Shown: positions 39,939-52,029 of the stretch, piece by piece
How the letters are laid out: the number at the start of each line of letters is the position of its first letter
How positions within the stretch are numbered: position 1 is the stretch's first letter
Assembly: GCA_013239625.1 (NCBI GenBank)
Contig: MU053588.1
Span: forward strand, 211,988 to 275,987
Reading direction: 5' to 3'
DNA length: 64,000 bases
Origin: Lama guanicoe
Lineage: Eukaryota
Position numbers and translations under genes: made by a program
Notes under the pieces: model-generated
The model's database searches: none
The model's input: the letters and a program-made list of their open reading frames with translations, nothing else
Told to the model about the DNA's origin: nothing

Positions 39939-40618
39939 ATGGTATTATGCTGTAAAGGTGTCATTGTTTCCCACTCAGCGCCGTTGTCTAGATCCATCAT
40001 GTTCCGTGTCCAATGCTGCAGTGCTATTCAACGCTTCTGACATTTGCAGAGTAATTCGTAGTACACATTTACTACTTTTAATTCATTCATTCCTGTAGTG
40101 CTGGATACAACCCCTGGCTGCCACAAAGAACACCCTACTATGTGCCCCCTTATGGACCTGAACTAGATTAGACTATTTACCCTGGAATATTGTACAGTGG
40201 GGGGTTGTTTGCACAACTTTGTGAGGTACAAGCAGATTACTTTCTAGAGTGGCTGCAGCTGTCTACATTCTCCCCAGCAGCACCGTGTGTCCTTGTAAAC
40301 ACTTCGTATTACCTGCCCTGGATGTTTTAGTTTGCATTTTTATTAACGACTACTGGTGAGTTGAAGCATATTTCCCTATGCTTCTTTGTCATTTGGACCT
40401 TATATCAAGTGCTTTTTAAAAAAAAAATTCTATTTATCTCATCAAATAGGTCATCAAATCCGTTCACAAAAATTTAGTTAAAATGTATTTGTAAATCCAT
40501 CTGGGCTTTTGGCTTTTTCTTCTTTTGAGGGGATGTTTCTATACTATTTGACTGCATCAGGTTTATTCAAATTTTGTTTCTTGTGCCAACTTTGGTATTT
40601 TATATTTTTAGAAATGTA

Positions 40619-40758
40619 GGGGGGAGGGCATAGCTCAAGTGGTGGGGTGCATGCTTAGCATGCATGAGGTCCTGGGTTCAATCCCTAGTATCTCTTCTAA
40701 GAATAAATCAATGAATAAACCTAAATACCTCCCCCCACCAAAAAAAAAAAAGAAGAAA
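40619..40758 (+). mobile_element. tRNA-Ala-derived SINE (Vic-1-like), full length
   Basis: GGGGGGAGGGCATAGCTCAAGTGGT...TGCTTAGCATGCATGAGGTCCTGGGTTCAATCCC with A and B boxes and an A tail. TSD AGAAATG at 40610 and 40759. Confidence 0.88.
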
Positions 40759-41062
40759 AGAAATGCATTCATTTTAGGTTGTCAAATTTATTTGCAAATA
40801 GTCATTCATAATTTTACTATTATTCTAACTTCATTTGGCTTCTTATTCATTTTCTTATTTGCATCTTTGTTCTTTTATTTTTACCAGGTTTGACAGAGGT
40901 TTACATAATGTATTGATCATTGATCTTTAAAAAAAACCCATCTCTTGATTTTGTTATTGTTTTCTCTTATTTTTCCTAATTCTCTATTGATTTCTTCTGC
41001 CCTTTATGTTTATCTTTTTTTTTTTTTTGCTTGAGTGTGCCCTGTCTCTCTTAATCTGCATT

Positions 41063-41251
41063 CTTTTTTTTTTAAATGAAAGCAAGTTTATTTAGAGATA
41101 CACATTCCATAGACAGAATACAGTCCATCTCAGAAGGGACAGTGGTCCCAGAGCATGGGGTCATCTAGGAAAGTGACAGTGGAGATTTCTTCGGGAAGAT
41201 ACACACTCCATAGACAGAGTAGGGGCTGTCTCCAAATGCCAGAGAGGTGGC
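41063..41251 (-). mobile_element. Short polyadenylated LTR-like retrocopy with TSD
   Basis: Poly(T) at 41064-41073, TTTATT at 41087-41092, flanking repeats CTTAA(T/G)CT(G/A)CATT. Confidence 0.55.
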
Positions 41252-43354
41252 CTTAAGCTACATTTTTGAATTGAGAATTTAATTTTTTGTTTTCCTAATA
41301 AATGCACTTAAGCTGTACATTTCCTTCTAGTACATAAGTTGTGTCCTACAGTTTTGGCATTTACTATTTTCATTGTTCTATTTTGTCCTATTCTGTTACA
41401 GTATTCATTTCCACGTGTTTTGTAACTCATTTTAGGTGGTCCTCTTTAACTCAGAAGCTTTGGCTTATCTTTTTTTTTACTTCTTCCTAATGCTATTACA
41501 TTGTGGTCAGAGGTTTGTATTAATTCTTTGGAACTGAATGAATCTTCTTTTGGCCTTATACGTAATCAGTTTTCTTAACTGTTACATGTATATTCTGTAC
41601 ATGTATTCTGAGCTTTTGAGTGTAAATTTCTCAACTATTAGTTCAAGGCATCAAACTATTGGATCTTTATCAATCTGGTAGGTGGGAAATTATATTCCAG
41701 TGTAGTTTTTATTTGCCTTTTTCTTATTATGAATGAGTTTGAACTACTTTTCTGTGAACTGTCTATATCTCCTGCTCAATATTCAATTGAAAAGTGACCT
41801 TTTACTCACATAGTAGGGAAATTAGCACCTTATGATGTGATTTGCAAAAATTTTTTTCAGTGTACTATTTGTTTTTTTTTTAAATTTGCTTACAGTCCTC
41901 TTTTGCCATGAAAAATTTATTTTTATGTTATCCAATTTACCACTATTTTCCTTTAAGACTTCTGAGTTTTGGTTCATATTTGAAAGGCCTTCTGCATCTT
42001 TAGACAATTTTAAACGTTTCCCAAGATTTCTCCTTTACTTTTGTGCTTTCATTTTTCCATATTTAAATTTTTTGTGTGTAAGAATCTAATTTTACCCCCA
42101 TATGGCTACCCTATTTCTCAGCACCATTTACAGATAGCACATCTTTTTCCACTTATTTTAATTGCTACCTTAGGCGTATACTAAATTACCAGATGTAGTG
42201 GGGTACATTTATATATTTCCTATTCTGTTGCATTAACTTAATTTATTATCTCTAATTGTTTTTAGAGAGGGATTTTGACATCTCTGGCTAAAATTGTGAA
42301 TTTGTCTATTTTTCTTTTTTGGTTCTATCAGTTTTTGTTTTATGTGTTTTGAAGCTCTTGTATTAAATGCATAAACATTTGGAATTGTTATGTACTCTTA
42401 GCTAATTTATCTCTGTATCATTACAAAATGACCTTCTTAGTCCCTTGTAATATTCATTGCTCCCAAACCTACTTTGTCTGATATTAATACCCCCAATCCA
42501 GTGCTCCTTTAATTAGTCTTAGCACAGCATATCTTTTCTCAACCTTTTACTTTTAACTTATTTATGTCTTTCTATTTAAATGTATTTCTCATAAAGATCA
42601 TACAACTGGATATTGTTTTTAAAATTCAGTCTGAAAAAATCTCTGCTTTTAATTGAGGTGATTAGACCATTCACATTTTTAAAATAATTTATTGAAGTGA
42701 AATTCACACAATATGAAATTGGCCATTTTTAAGTGAACAATTTAGTAGTATTTATTACATTCACAGTGTTGTGCAACCACCACATCTGTCTAGCAGACAC
42801 TAATCTGCGTTCTATCTCTATGGATTTATCTGTTTGGGACATATCATATACACGGAATCATACAGTGTGTGATCTTTTCTATTCAGCTTCTTTAGCATAA
42901 TGTTTAACAGGTTCATCCATGTAAGCCTTATTTGTACTTCGGTTCTTTCTATGGTTGAATAATATTCCACTGTATGTATGTACCAAATTTGTTTATCTGT
43001 TACTACGAGGGTTGCGTGTATGAGCCATAATTGCTTGTTTGTGGGGGCCTACGCATGACCTGGTGTAGTGTGTTGCCATGTGTCTGTGATTAAGGCGAGG
43101 TTGTTGGGGCCTGTGTGATGCTGGGTCAGCCTGATCAGCTGTCTGTCATCAACGTGTAGTGTGGGCCAATGGACGGTTAAAAGTCACAAGGAGCTGATAT
43201 CCTTGACCTGAAGTTTGGGGACTCCCTGGACAGGATCCCAGAGGTCCTTTAACTCTCAGAAGTTGTGGTTATGCAGTTGCATACTGGGGCCTAGGTGTAG
43301 TTTTCTAGGGGTCAGAGAAAAAATTTGACTTAGATTCCCAAAGAAATAACCCAT

Positions 43355-43691
43355 CTTAGCTCAGGCAGGTATAACAAAATACCACAAACTGGGTGGCTTA
43401 GACAACAAACATTTTTCACAGTTCTGAAGGTTGGACATCAGATCAGGGTGCTAGGTAGCATGGTTGAGTTCTGGTGAGAATCTCTACTGAGTTACAGACT
43501 GGCAACTTCTTGTATCCTCACCTGGCCCAGAGAGACCGCCGTGGTCCCTTTGTTGCTGTCATCCCATTTACGAGATCTTTATCCTCATGACCTAATTTTT
43601 CTCCCAAAGGCGCCACCTCCAAATACCATCATTTTGGGGATGAGATTTCAAGATAGAAATTTTGGAAGGCACAAACATTCAGTCTGTAACA
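43355..43691 (-). mobile_element. MLT1A-like MaLR LTR
   Basis: ATAACAAAATACCACAAACTGGGTGGCTTA...CACAAACATTCAGTCTGTAACA. Confidence 0.85.
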
Positions 43692-44134
43692 ACAACTGAA
43701 GTGTCAAGAACCCGTGGACTAGAATCTCAAGATTGTAAGAACTGGCCAGGGTGTGTGCAATAATCTTGTCCTAAATCATGCCCTACAGTGAATGGATAGC
43801 TGAGTAATTTATGGTTTGTGTGTATCATAGAACTTTGTACAACCATGAATTGTATTTGATTATTCAAAAATTAGTTACAGTGAAATACACAGTGGGTATT
43901 AGACGATGCTAAGTACTTACTGTTAGTTTCATTAGGTGTGGTGCCATTTTGTTAAGTGAATTATTTAGAGCTGAAGTGTCATCATATCTAATTTAAAGCA
44001 GTTAGCAAAGTATACGTTAATCAAGGCACTCTGTAAACAATCATTAAACACAGGTGTTGAGTGTGTGCTTGTTTATTGTTCTCCTTTGTATATTTGAAAA
44101 GTCACATAACATTTTTAAAAAGCATAGTTTTTAA

Positions 44135-45285
44135 AAAAAAGACTTTGTATTTTGGAGCAGTTTTAGGTTTACAAGAAAATTAAGAGGAAGATACAGATTT
44201 TTCCTTTTATACCTCCTACCCCTACACATGCATAGCTTCTCCCATTATCAGCATCACCCACCAGAGTGGTACATTTGTTCCAGTTGATAAACCTACACTG
44301 ACACATCATAATTACCCAAAGTCTATAGTTTACATTAGGGCTCACTCTTTGTGTTGTACAGTGTATGGGTTTGGACAAATGTATGATGATATGTATCCAT
44401 CATTATAGTATCTATCATACAGAGTATTTTTGCTGCCATAAAAATCCTCTGTGATCCTCCTATTCATCTCTTCCCCTACCCTCATCTCAGGAAATCACTG
44501 ATCTTTTTACTGTCTCTTTAGTTTTGCCTTTTCCAGAATGTCTCATGGTTGGAATCATACAGTGTGTGGCTTTTTTCAGATTGGCTTCCTTCACTTACTG
44601 CTATGCAGCTAAACTTTCCTCCATGTCTTTTCATGGCATAGTAGCTCATTTCTTTTTAGCACTGAATAGTATTACATTGTCTGAATGTACCAGTTTATCT
44701 AGTCACCTACTGAAGGACATCTTGGTTGCTTCCAAGTTTTGGCAGTTGTGAATAAAGCTGCTATAAACATCCATGTGCACATATTTTTGTGTGTGTGGAC
44801 ATAAGTTTTCAACTCATTTGGGTAAATACCAAGGAGTGATTGTTGGATCAAATGGTAAGAGCATGCATAGTTTTGTAAGAAAGTGGCAAACTGTCTTCCA
44901 AACTGGCTGTTCCATTTTGCATTCCCACCAACAATGAATGAGAGTTCCTGTTGTTCCACATCCTTGCCAGCATTTGGTGTTGTCAGTGTTACAGATTTTT
45001 AGCTATTCTAAAAGGGGTGTGTAGTGGTATCACATTGTTGCCTTAATTTGCACTTCCCTGATGACGTGATGTTGAGCATCTCTTCATACGCTTATTTACT
45101 GTCTGTGTTACCTTTTTTGGTGAGGTGTCTGTTCAGGTCTTTGGCCCATTTTTTAATCAGATTGTTTGTCTTCTTATGGTTGAGTTTTAAGAGTCTTTGT
45201 ATATTTTGGATAACTCCTTTATCAGATATGCCTTTTGCAAATATTTTCTGCTAGCTTGCAGCTTGTCTTCTCATTCTCTTGACAT
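44135..45285 (-). mobile_element. L1 (L1MC-like) 3' UTR and ORF2 C-terminus
   Basis: Minus-strand remnant [20 protein letters not shown] and L1MC-type 3' end CACCAGAGTGGTACATTTGTT. Confidence 0.85.
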
Positions 45286-45627
45286 AAGTTTTTCCCCATT
45301 TTTTGAAATCACTTATTGAAAATAAATAAATAAATAGTATCATTAGGGAAAATATTAGATAAAATAGTGATGAACCAGAATACTCCAGAAATTACTAGTT
45401 AGTATTTATGGGGAAAAATACAAATAGTTTAAAAGATCTTATAAAATAAATATATGTACTGTAACACAATATTGCCCATCATCCAGTTCTACCAGGATTC
45501 TGTGATTAGCTACTTCAGTTGCTGACTGACAGTACACCCTGGAAAGACTTCAGGACAAAAGACAAGATAAGGCACCAGCTCTGGAGCCGTTGGGGGCCTT
45601 CTCTGATCCCCAGATGGGTCACCAAAA

Positions 45628-45953
45628 TGTTGACCTAAAACAAATAGACTGCCCGATATTTCTCCACCAAAGATGGGTTTATTCAGGATCAGCAGAGAAT
45701 TGCAGTTTGGGTGTGCAGCCATGGTGAGCCGTGTGCAAGTCCCCCCGATGGAGAGGGAAGGAGAACACTTTCACAGAGGAGAAAGGAAGTCGGGAGGGCT
45801 GTAGTAAATGAAGAGTCCAGGTCTTTTCACTGGCTGGGCCCTTGACAGGAAGTCTTTCTTCCTGTTGGGCTCTGTCGTTGCAGGATGTGAGCACTCCCCC
45901 TTCTGGTCTCCTGACTTTATTTAATTGAAGTTTCTGTTTATTAATTTCTTACA
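45628..45953 (-). mobile_element. ERV 5' LTR followed by a primer-binding site (45607-45624) and short internal sequence
   Basis: TG...CA ends on the minus strand, poly(A) signal seen as TTTATT on +, then TTT TGGTGACCCATCTGGGGA on the minus strand. Confidence 0.65.
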
Positions 45954-46250
45954 TGTTTTTGCCTCAGAACCAGCCTCTGTACCCCGAAAATGGATTGAGA
46001 CTTGGAGGCAGAGTTTTGGGAAGAGTAGAAAAGAATAGCTTTATTGCTTTGCCAGGCAAAGGGGAGTCATAGCAGGCTCATGCCTTAGAGACTGTGAATC
46101 CATCTTGGAGTTGGGGTCTTGAAGTTTTATAGAAAAAAACTGGATGGAACAGAAAAGGTGATAACAATTAGGGTGCTTCACAGGGTGTTGCTACATTCCC
46201 CTTAACTTCGATGATCTTTCTGGCTTCATGGGAGTATTTTCCATTCTTCT
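45954..46250 (-). mobile_element. Second ERV1-type LTR fragment
   Basis: GAGTTTTGGGAAGAGTAGAAAAGAATAGCTTTATTGCTTTGCCAGGCAAAGGGG. Confidence 0.6.
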
Positions 46251-46279
46251 GAGATTATAGGCCCATTACCTATGTTCTA

Positions 46280-46545
46280 CAAAACACTAGAACACAGTTC
46301 TGCCAAGTTCTCTGTCACTTTCTAATGAGAATCATCTTTCTTGCAGTTTCCAAGAGTATATTCATAACTTCCATCTGAGAGCTCACTAGGACCACCTTTA
46401 ATGTCCACATTTCTATCAACAGTGCAATCTAGGCTTTTTCATATATGCACCTCAGAACTCTTCAGCCTTTACCCATGGCCCAGTTCCAAGCCACTTTCAC
46501 ATTTTTGGGGGGTAATTGTTACTGCAGCATTCCCACTTTGTGGTG
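46280..46545 (-). mobile_element. MaLR internal-region fragment
   Basis: CCCAGTTCCAAGCCACTTTCACATTTTT...GCAGCATTCCCACT. Confidence 0.55.
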
Positions 46546-47619
46546 TCATAATGTCTACAACAGTCACTTTCCAGCTTAAATCTATTATTGTTTCCCATTA
46601 TCCACTGGATAATGCCTGCACTTGTCTACAAGATACCAAATGCTTCATCTGGCCTCTGGTTGCCTAAACTTGTCTTTCTGGACTCTGATTTTGTAGCAGT
46701 CTGCATAATCCCCATTCATTCTGCCACCTCTATGACATTGCACATGAGGTTCTCTTTACCTAAAATTCAAATATCTGCTACTGTATTTCCAGTTTTAAAT
46801 GGGATTTATTTAAATCTGCTATATCCATTCAGGGAAGGCTTCATGCCCTCCCCAGAACTAGGTCAAATATTTTCTTCTGCTCTCCCAGAGACTTCTGTTG
46901 TTTAAAATACACTTATCAGAGTGACCTTTTCCATTTAAAATAATTTCTTTAAAATTATACACACTGTTTGTAACATCCTAAAACATACACAGATGTAATT
47001 TTATTACAATTATTTTTATGCAAGTTTTACTCAATTCCCTCAATTCTCTGTCTCATCCCTTCAACCTCACTGTGTCCTCAAGTATCTTCTAAAAAATAAA
47101 ACACAAATGTTATTTATTGTTGCTTTTGCTTTAAATTTCCATAAGCAACATGGAACAGCAGGCTTTTAAAAACTTTTTTCACTCAGCAAAAACTATGTCT
47201 GGTTCTTTTATTTGCACTGCTCCAAAATATTCCACCTGATTTTATTTGGCTGTTCCTTGAATGATGAATACTAGATTGCCTCCAATCCCACCAACAAACT
47301 CCATCCCTCCAACAACATAACAAACAAGGCTGTGATTAAAATTCTTACATGTATCTCTTATGGAAATTTGAATTTTTCTGAGGTATATACCCAGAAATGG
47401 GATTGCTGTATCATAGGGTCCACTTATATTTAATTTGACCAAGAACTGCCAAGCCACTGTCCACAAGAGCTGTATATTCCTGCCAGTAGTGTCTAAGAGT
47501 TCCTTTCTCTCCACACTACCAAACACTTGGCATTATCCAGCTTTCTAACTTTCTACAATCAGATATGTATAAACTGGTATCCTGTTTAAATTTTAAGTTA
47601 AGATTTGATGTAACTGTGC

Positions 47620-50600
47620 AGAGACACACCCGGGCGCCTAGGGTACATTCTAGGTAGGACCATGGAGACAACTGTCAGTGCACGCGCTGAGGAGCTACAT
47701 GGCTAGCTGGGCAGACACTGTCAGTGCACACGCTGGGTGGAACAACAAGAATGCACAGTGGCTAAGTGCTGACTCCTCGGCAGAAGAGGTCCTAGGTGAG
47801 GACTCACTCTAGCTACACAGGTACAGACAGCCCAGAGGGCCTGTGGTGTGTGATCCAAGGGGAGCCACAGAGCCCACTGTCAGTGTGTGCTTGGCAGCAG
47901 TAACTCCAGCTGCAGAGCCCGCTGTCAGTGAGCACATGGGGGCAGCAGGTCCAGCCATGGCAGGCAACAGCATGCTCACTAAGCAGTGCCACAACAATGC
48001 ACAGCAGCTAAAAGCTGAAATGTGGGCACAGGCCCTGGGTAGGAGTACTCGGGGGTTTGTTTCACAGTGATGGCACCCTGGCTCCACCCACTCCACACCA
48101 GAGCTTAGTGCCAGATCTGGGGCGCACAGGTCATGAGGAAGTCTGCCGCAGAGGGAGACCCGATCCCAGGCAGCAGCACAGCCACTTCAATTCCTGAAAC
48201 CACCTCATCCCAACTTCCAGCCCCAGTCTATTCCACATGTGGTTCGATAATCACCTCCTCTGGGGCAGGGCATGCATTCAAGGGCAATGGAACCTGACAG
48301 ACCTTGACCTCAGGGCTTCTACTTCCAACTAGGGAGCAGACCCCATGCCCGAAGGGGTGATGACAGCCACAGAACAAAGAGACTCTCATCCAGCACAGGC
48401 CCTAGACACAACACCAACCATGCCCCCTATCAAGGGGATAACAGCTAGCAAACTCTAGGGAAAGACGTGGCTGGTATCCACAGCAAAAACAGCCCTTGCC
48501 CCCAGAATATTGGACAGACACAGTCTACACAGGCATGCTCCCATGTAAAAACACTTTCAAGACCACAGTAGATAACTGTTTCTCCTAAATTGACAGAGAC
48601 AGGGTAAAGTTAAATGAAAATACAGAGGAATTACTCCTAATTAAAAGAACAAGAGAAAATCCCCTGAAAGAACAAATAGTGAAAGACTTCATCAGTATAA
48701 CAGACCCCAGATTAAAAAAGGAGGTAATAGAAATGCTAAAGGAATTAAGAGACTATCAATAAAAATGCAGGTCACTAACAAGGAACTAAAACTATAAAGA
48801 TGAATGGATCAAAAATAGACAATTCAATTGCCAAGATAAAGACCAGCCTAGAAGGAATGAATAGCAGACTAAATGACACAGGAGAATGATTATGTGATTT
48901 GGAAGACAGAATAATGGAAATCACTCAATCAGTACAGCAGACAAGAAGACAAATGAAAAAAAAAAAGTAACATACAAGATCTATGGGATCATATAAAACA
49001 GGGCCACCTACATATAATAAGGGTTCAAAAGGAGATGAGAGGAAAGGGGATTGAAAATGTATCTGAAGAAATTATTGCTGGTAACTTCCTAAGCCTAAAT
49101 AAGGGAAAAGATATACAGCTACAGTAAGCAAAGAGGTTCCCAAACAAGGTGAGCCCAGACAGACCCACACCAGATGGCTTTACTGGAGAATTCTACCAAA
49201 CATACAGAGAACTTATACCTATCCTGATAAAACTATCCCAAAACATTGGAGAGGAGGGAACACTCCCAAGTTCATTCTATGAAGCCCTGGTACCATCACT
49301 CTGATACCCAAACTGGACAAAGCCAAAAAAAAAAAAAAGGGTAAATTACAGGCTAATATCTTTGAGCAATACAGAGGCAAAAATCCTCAACAAAATATTA
49401 GCAAACCAAATCCAACAACACATAAGAAGGATCATACATGAGTAAGTTGGATTCATTCCACAGTTGCAAGGATAGTTCAACATCTGCAAATCAATATGAT
49501 ACACCTTAACAAAAAGACAAAAACCACATGATCATCTTAATTAATAGATGCAGAAAAAGCATCAGACAAAATTCAACATCAATTCATGATTTAAGGAAAA
49601 ACTCTCACTAAAGTGGGTTAGAGGTAACATACCTTAACATAATAAAAACCACTTATGACAAACCCACAGCCAACATAATATTCAAGAGTGAAAACCTGAA
49701 AGCCTTCCTTCTAATTTCAGGAACAAGACAAGGATGCCCACTCTCACCAGTTCTATTCAACATAGTATTGGAAGTCCTGGCCACAGCAATCAGACAAGAA
49801 AAAGGAACAAATAAAAGACATCCAAATTAGAAGGGAAGAGGTAAAACTGTCATTATTTGCAGATGACATGATACTCTAGAGAATCCTAAGGACTCCATAC
49901 AAAAACTATTAGGACTAATAAATGAATTTAGCAAGTTACCAGGACTCAAGATTAATACATAGAAATCTGTTGCATTTATTTATCCTAACAATGAAATACC
50001 AGAAAGAGAATGTAAAAAAATTTTTAATCACATAAAAAAATTAGGAATTAAAAAAAAGTTAGGAATAAACTTAACCAAGGTAAAAGGCCTATACATGGAA
50101 AAACTACAAAGCATTAATAAACAAAATTAAACATGATTTAATGAAATGGAAAGATATACAATGCTCTTGGATTGAAAGAATATTGTTAAAATGGCCATAC
50201 TACCCAAAGCAATCTACAGATTTAATGCAATACCTATCAAAATACCCATGACATTTTTCACAGACATACAACAAATAATTCTAACATTTATATGGAACTG
50301 CAAAAGACCCAGAACTGTCAAAGCAATCCTGAAGTAAGAACAAAGCTGGAAGCATAACACATTAGACACCAGACAATACTAGGAAGCTACAGTAATCAAA
50401 ATAGCATGGAATTGGCACAAGTAAAACAGACATATAGACCAATGGAACATAATGGAGAGCCCAGAAATACACACACACACACACACACACACAAGCAGTT
50501 AGTCTACAGCAAGAATATACAATGGAGAAAAGACAGTGTTTTCAACAAATGGTGCTGGGAATATTGGACAGCTACACATAAATCAATAAAATTACAAGTC

Positions 50601-51940
50601 TCTCAAATCATATGCTCAAAATTGTTTATAAAGACCTACATTTGGAGAAAGTCCCCAGACCTCTGGCAGAGTGCCGCATGCACATGCACGTGGACCTCCC
50701 CCCACCCCCACCCCCGCTTCCAGGGTTAAAGACCTACATTTAACACATGATGTAATAAAACTCCTAGAAGAAAACATAGGCAAAGCATTCTTGGACATAA
50801 GTTGTAGCAATATTTTCTTAGATCAGTCTCCAAAGGCAAAAGAAATAAAGCAAAAATAAACAAATGGGACCTAGTCAAACTTAAAAGCTTTTGCACAGCA
50901 AAGGAAAGCAACAAAATAAAAAACATACGGAGTGGTAGAAAAGATTTTTAAATGATGCAGCTGACAAGGGGTTAATATCCAAAATATACAAACAGCTCAT
51001 GCTACTCAATAACAACAAAAATAAACAATCAAAAAATGGGCAGGATACCTAAATAGACATTGTCCCAAAGTAGACATACAGATGGCCAACAGGCACATGA
51101 AAGATGCTCAACATCATTAATTATTAGAAAAATGCAAATCAAAACCACAATGAAGTATTACCTCACACCATTCAGAAATGGCTATCTTCAAAAGTGTACA
51201 AATAATAAATACTGGAGAGGGCTTGGAGAAAAGGGAACCCTCCTACACTGGTGGTGGGATGTAAATTGGTGCAATCACTATGGAACAGGATGGAAGTTCC
51301 TATTAAAACTAAAAACAGAGCTACCATATAAGCAGGCCATCCCACTCCTGGGTACACATCTGGAAAAGATGAAAACTCTAATTCCAAAAGATACATGTGC
51401 CCCAATGTTCACAGCAGCACTATTTACAACAGCAAAGACAGGGAGACAATCCAAATGCCCATCAACCAACAGTTGGCTTAAGAAAATGTGGTATATATAT
51501 ATACACAATGGAATATTAGTCATAAGAATGAAATGTTGCTATCTGCAACAACATGGATAACATAAAGAATATTAAACTTTAATATTATACTTTAAGTCAG
51601 ACAGAGAAGACAAATAGTATATGGTATCAGTTGTATGTGGAATCTAAAAAATAATGCAAATGGATCTACATACAAAAAAGAAAACATACAGAAAACAAAT
51701 TTATGATTACCATTGGAAAAAGGGAAGGGGAGGGATATATTAGGAGTATGGGATTAATATATACAAGCTACTATACATAAAATAGATAAGCAACAAGGAC
51801 TTACTGTATAGCAGAGGAAATTAATTCAATATTTTATAATAAAGTATAATGGAAAATAATCTGAAAAATGTGTAACTGAACCACTTTGCTATACACCTGA
51901 AAGTAGCACAAATTGTAAATCGCTATACTTCAATTAAAAA
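47620..51940 (+). mobile_element. L1 with 5' UTR, partial ORF1, internal deletion, ORF2 RT/C-terminus and 3' UTR (degenerate)
   Basis: GC-rich 5' region, ORF1-like coiled-coil sequence (DLEDRIMEITQS), [29 protein letters not shown] and an A tail at 51940. Confidence 0.9.
50644..50726 (+). pseudogene. RMRP: Retroposed internal fragment of RNase MRP RNA, without poly(A) tail
   Basis: GGAGAAAGTCCCCAGACCTCTGGCAGAGTGCCGCATGCACATGCACGTGGAC aligns with recalled human RMRP GGGGAAAGTCCCCGGACCTCGGGCAGAGAGTGCCACGTGCATACGCACGTAGAC. Perfect 15-bp flanking repeat. Confidence 0.85.
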
Positions 51941-52029
51941 GTTATAAAGAGTTAGTCGTAATCTTCAATGATATCAAAATATCCCTATGGAACTAAAAAA
52001 AAAAAGACATCTGGAGTAGATATCTTAAT

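Noticed and set aside
40619..40695. Possible tRNA-Ala(AGC) gene
   Set aside because: It has a SINE-type head, tail, poly(A) and TSD, with mismatches in the stems, so it is a SINE copy.
51060..51560. 166-aa ORF and other ORFs at 53496-53810 and 54586-54882
   Set aside because: Frameshifted L1 ORF2 remnants.
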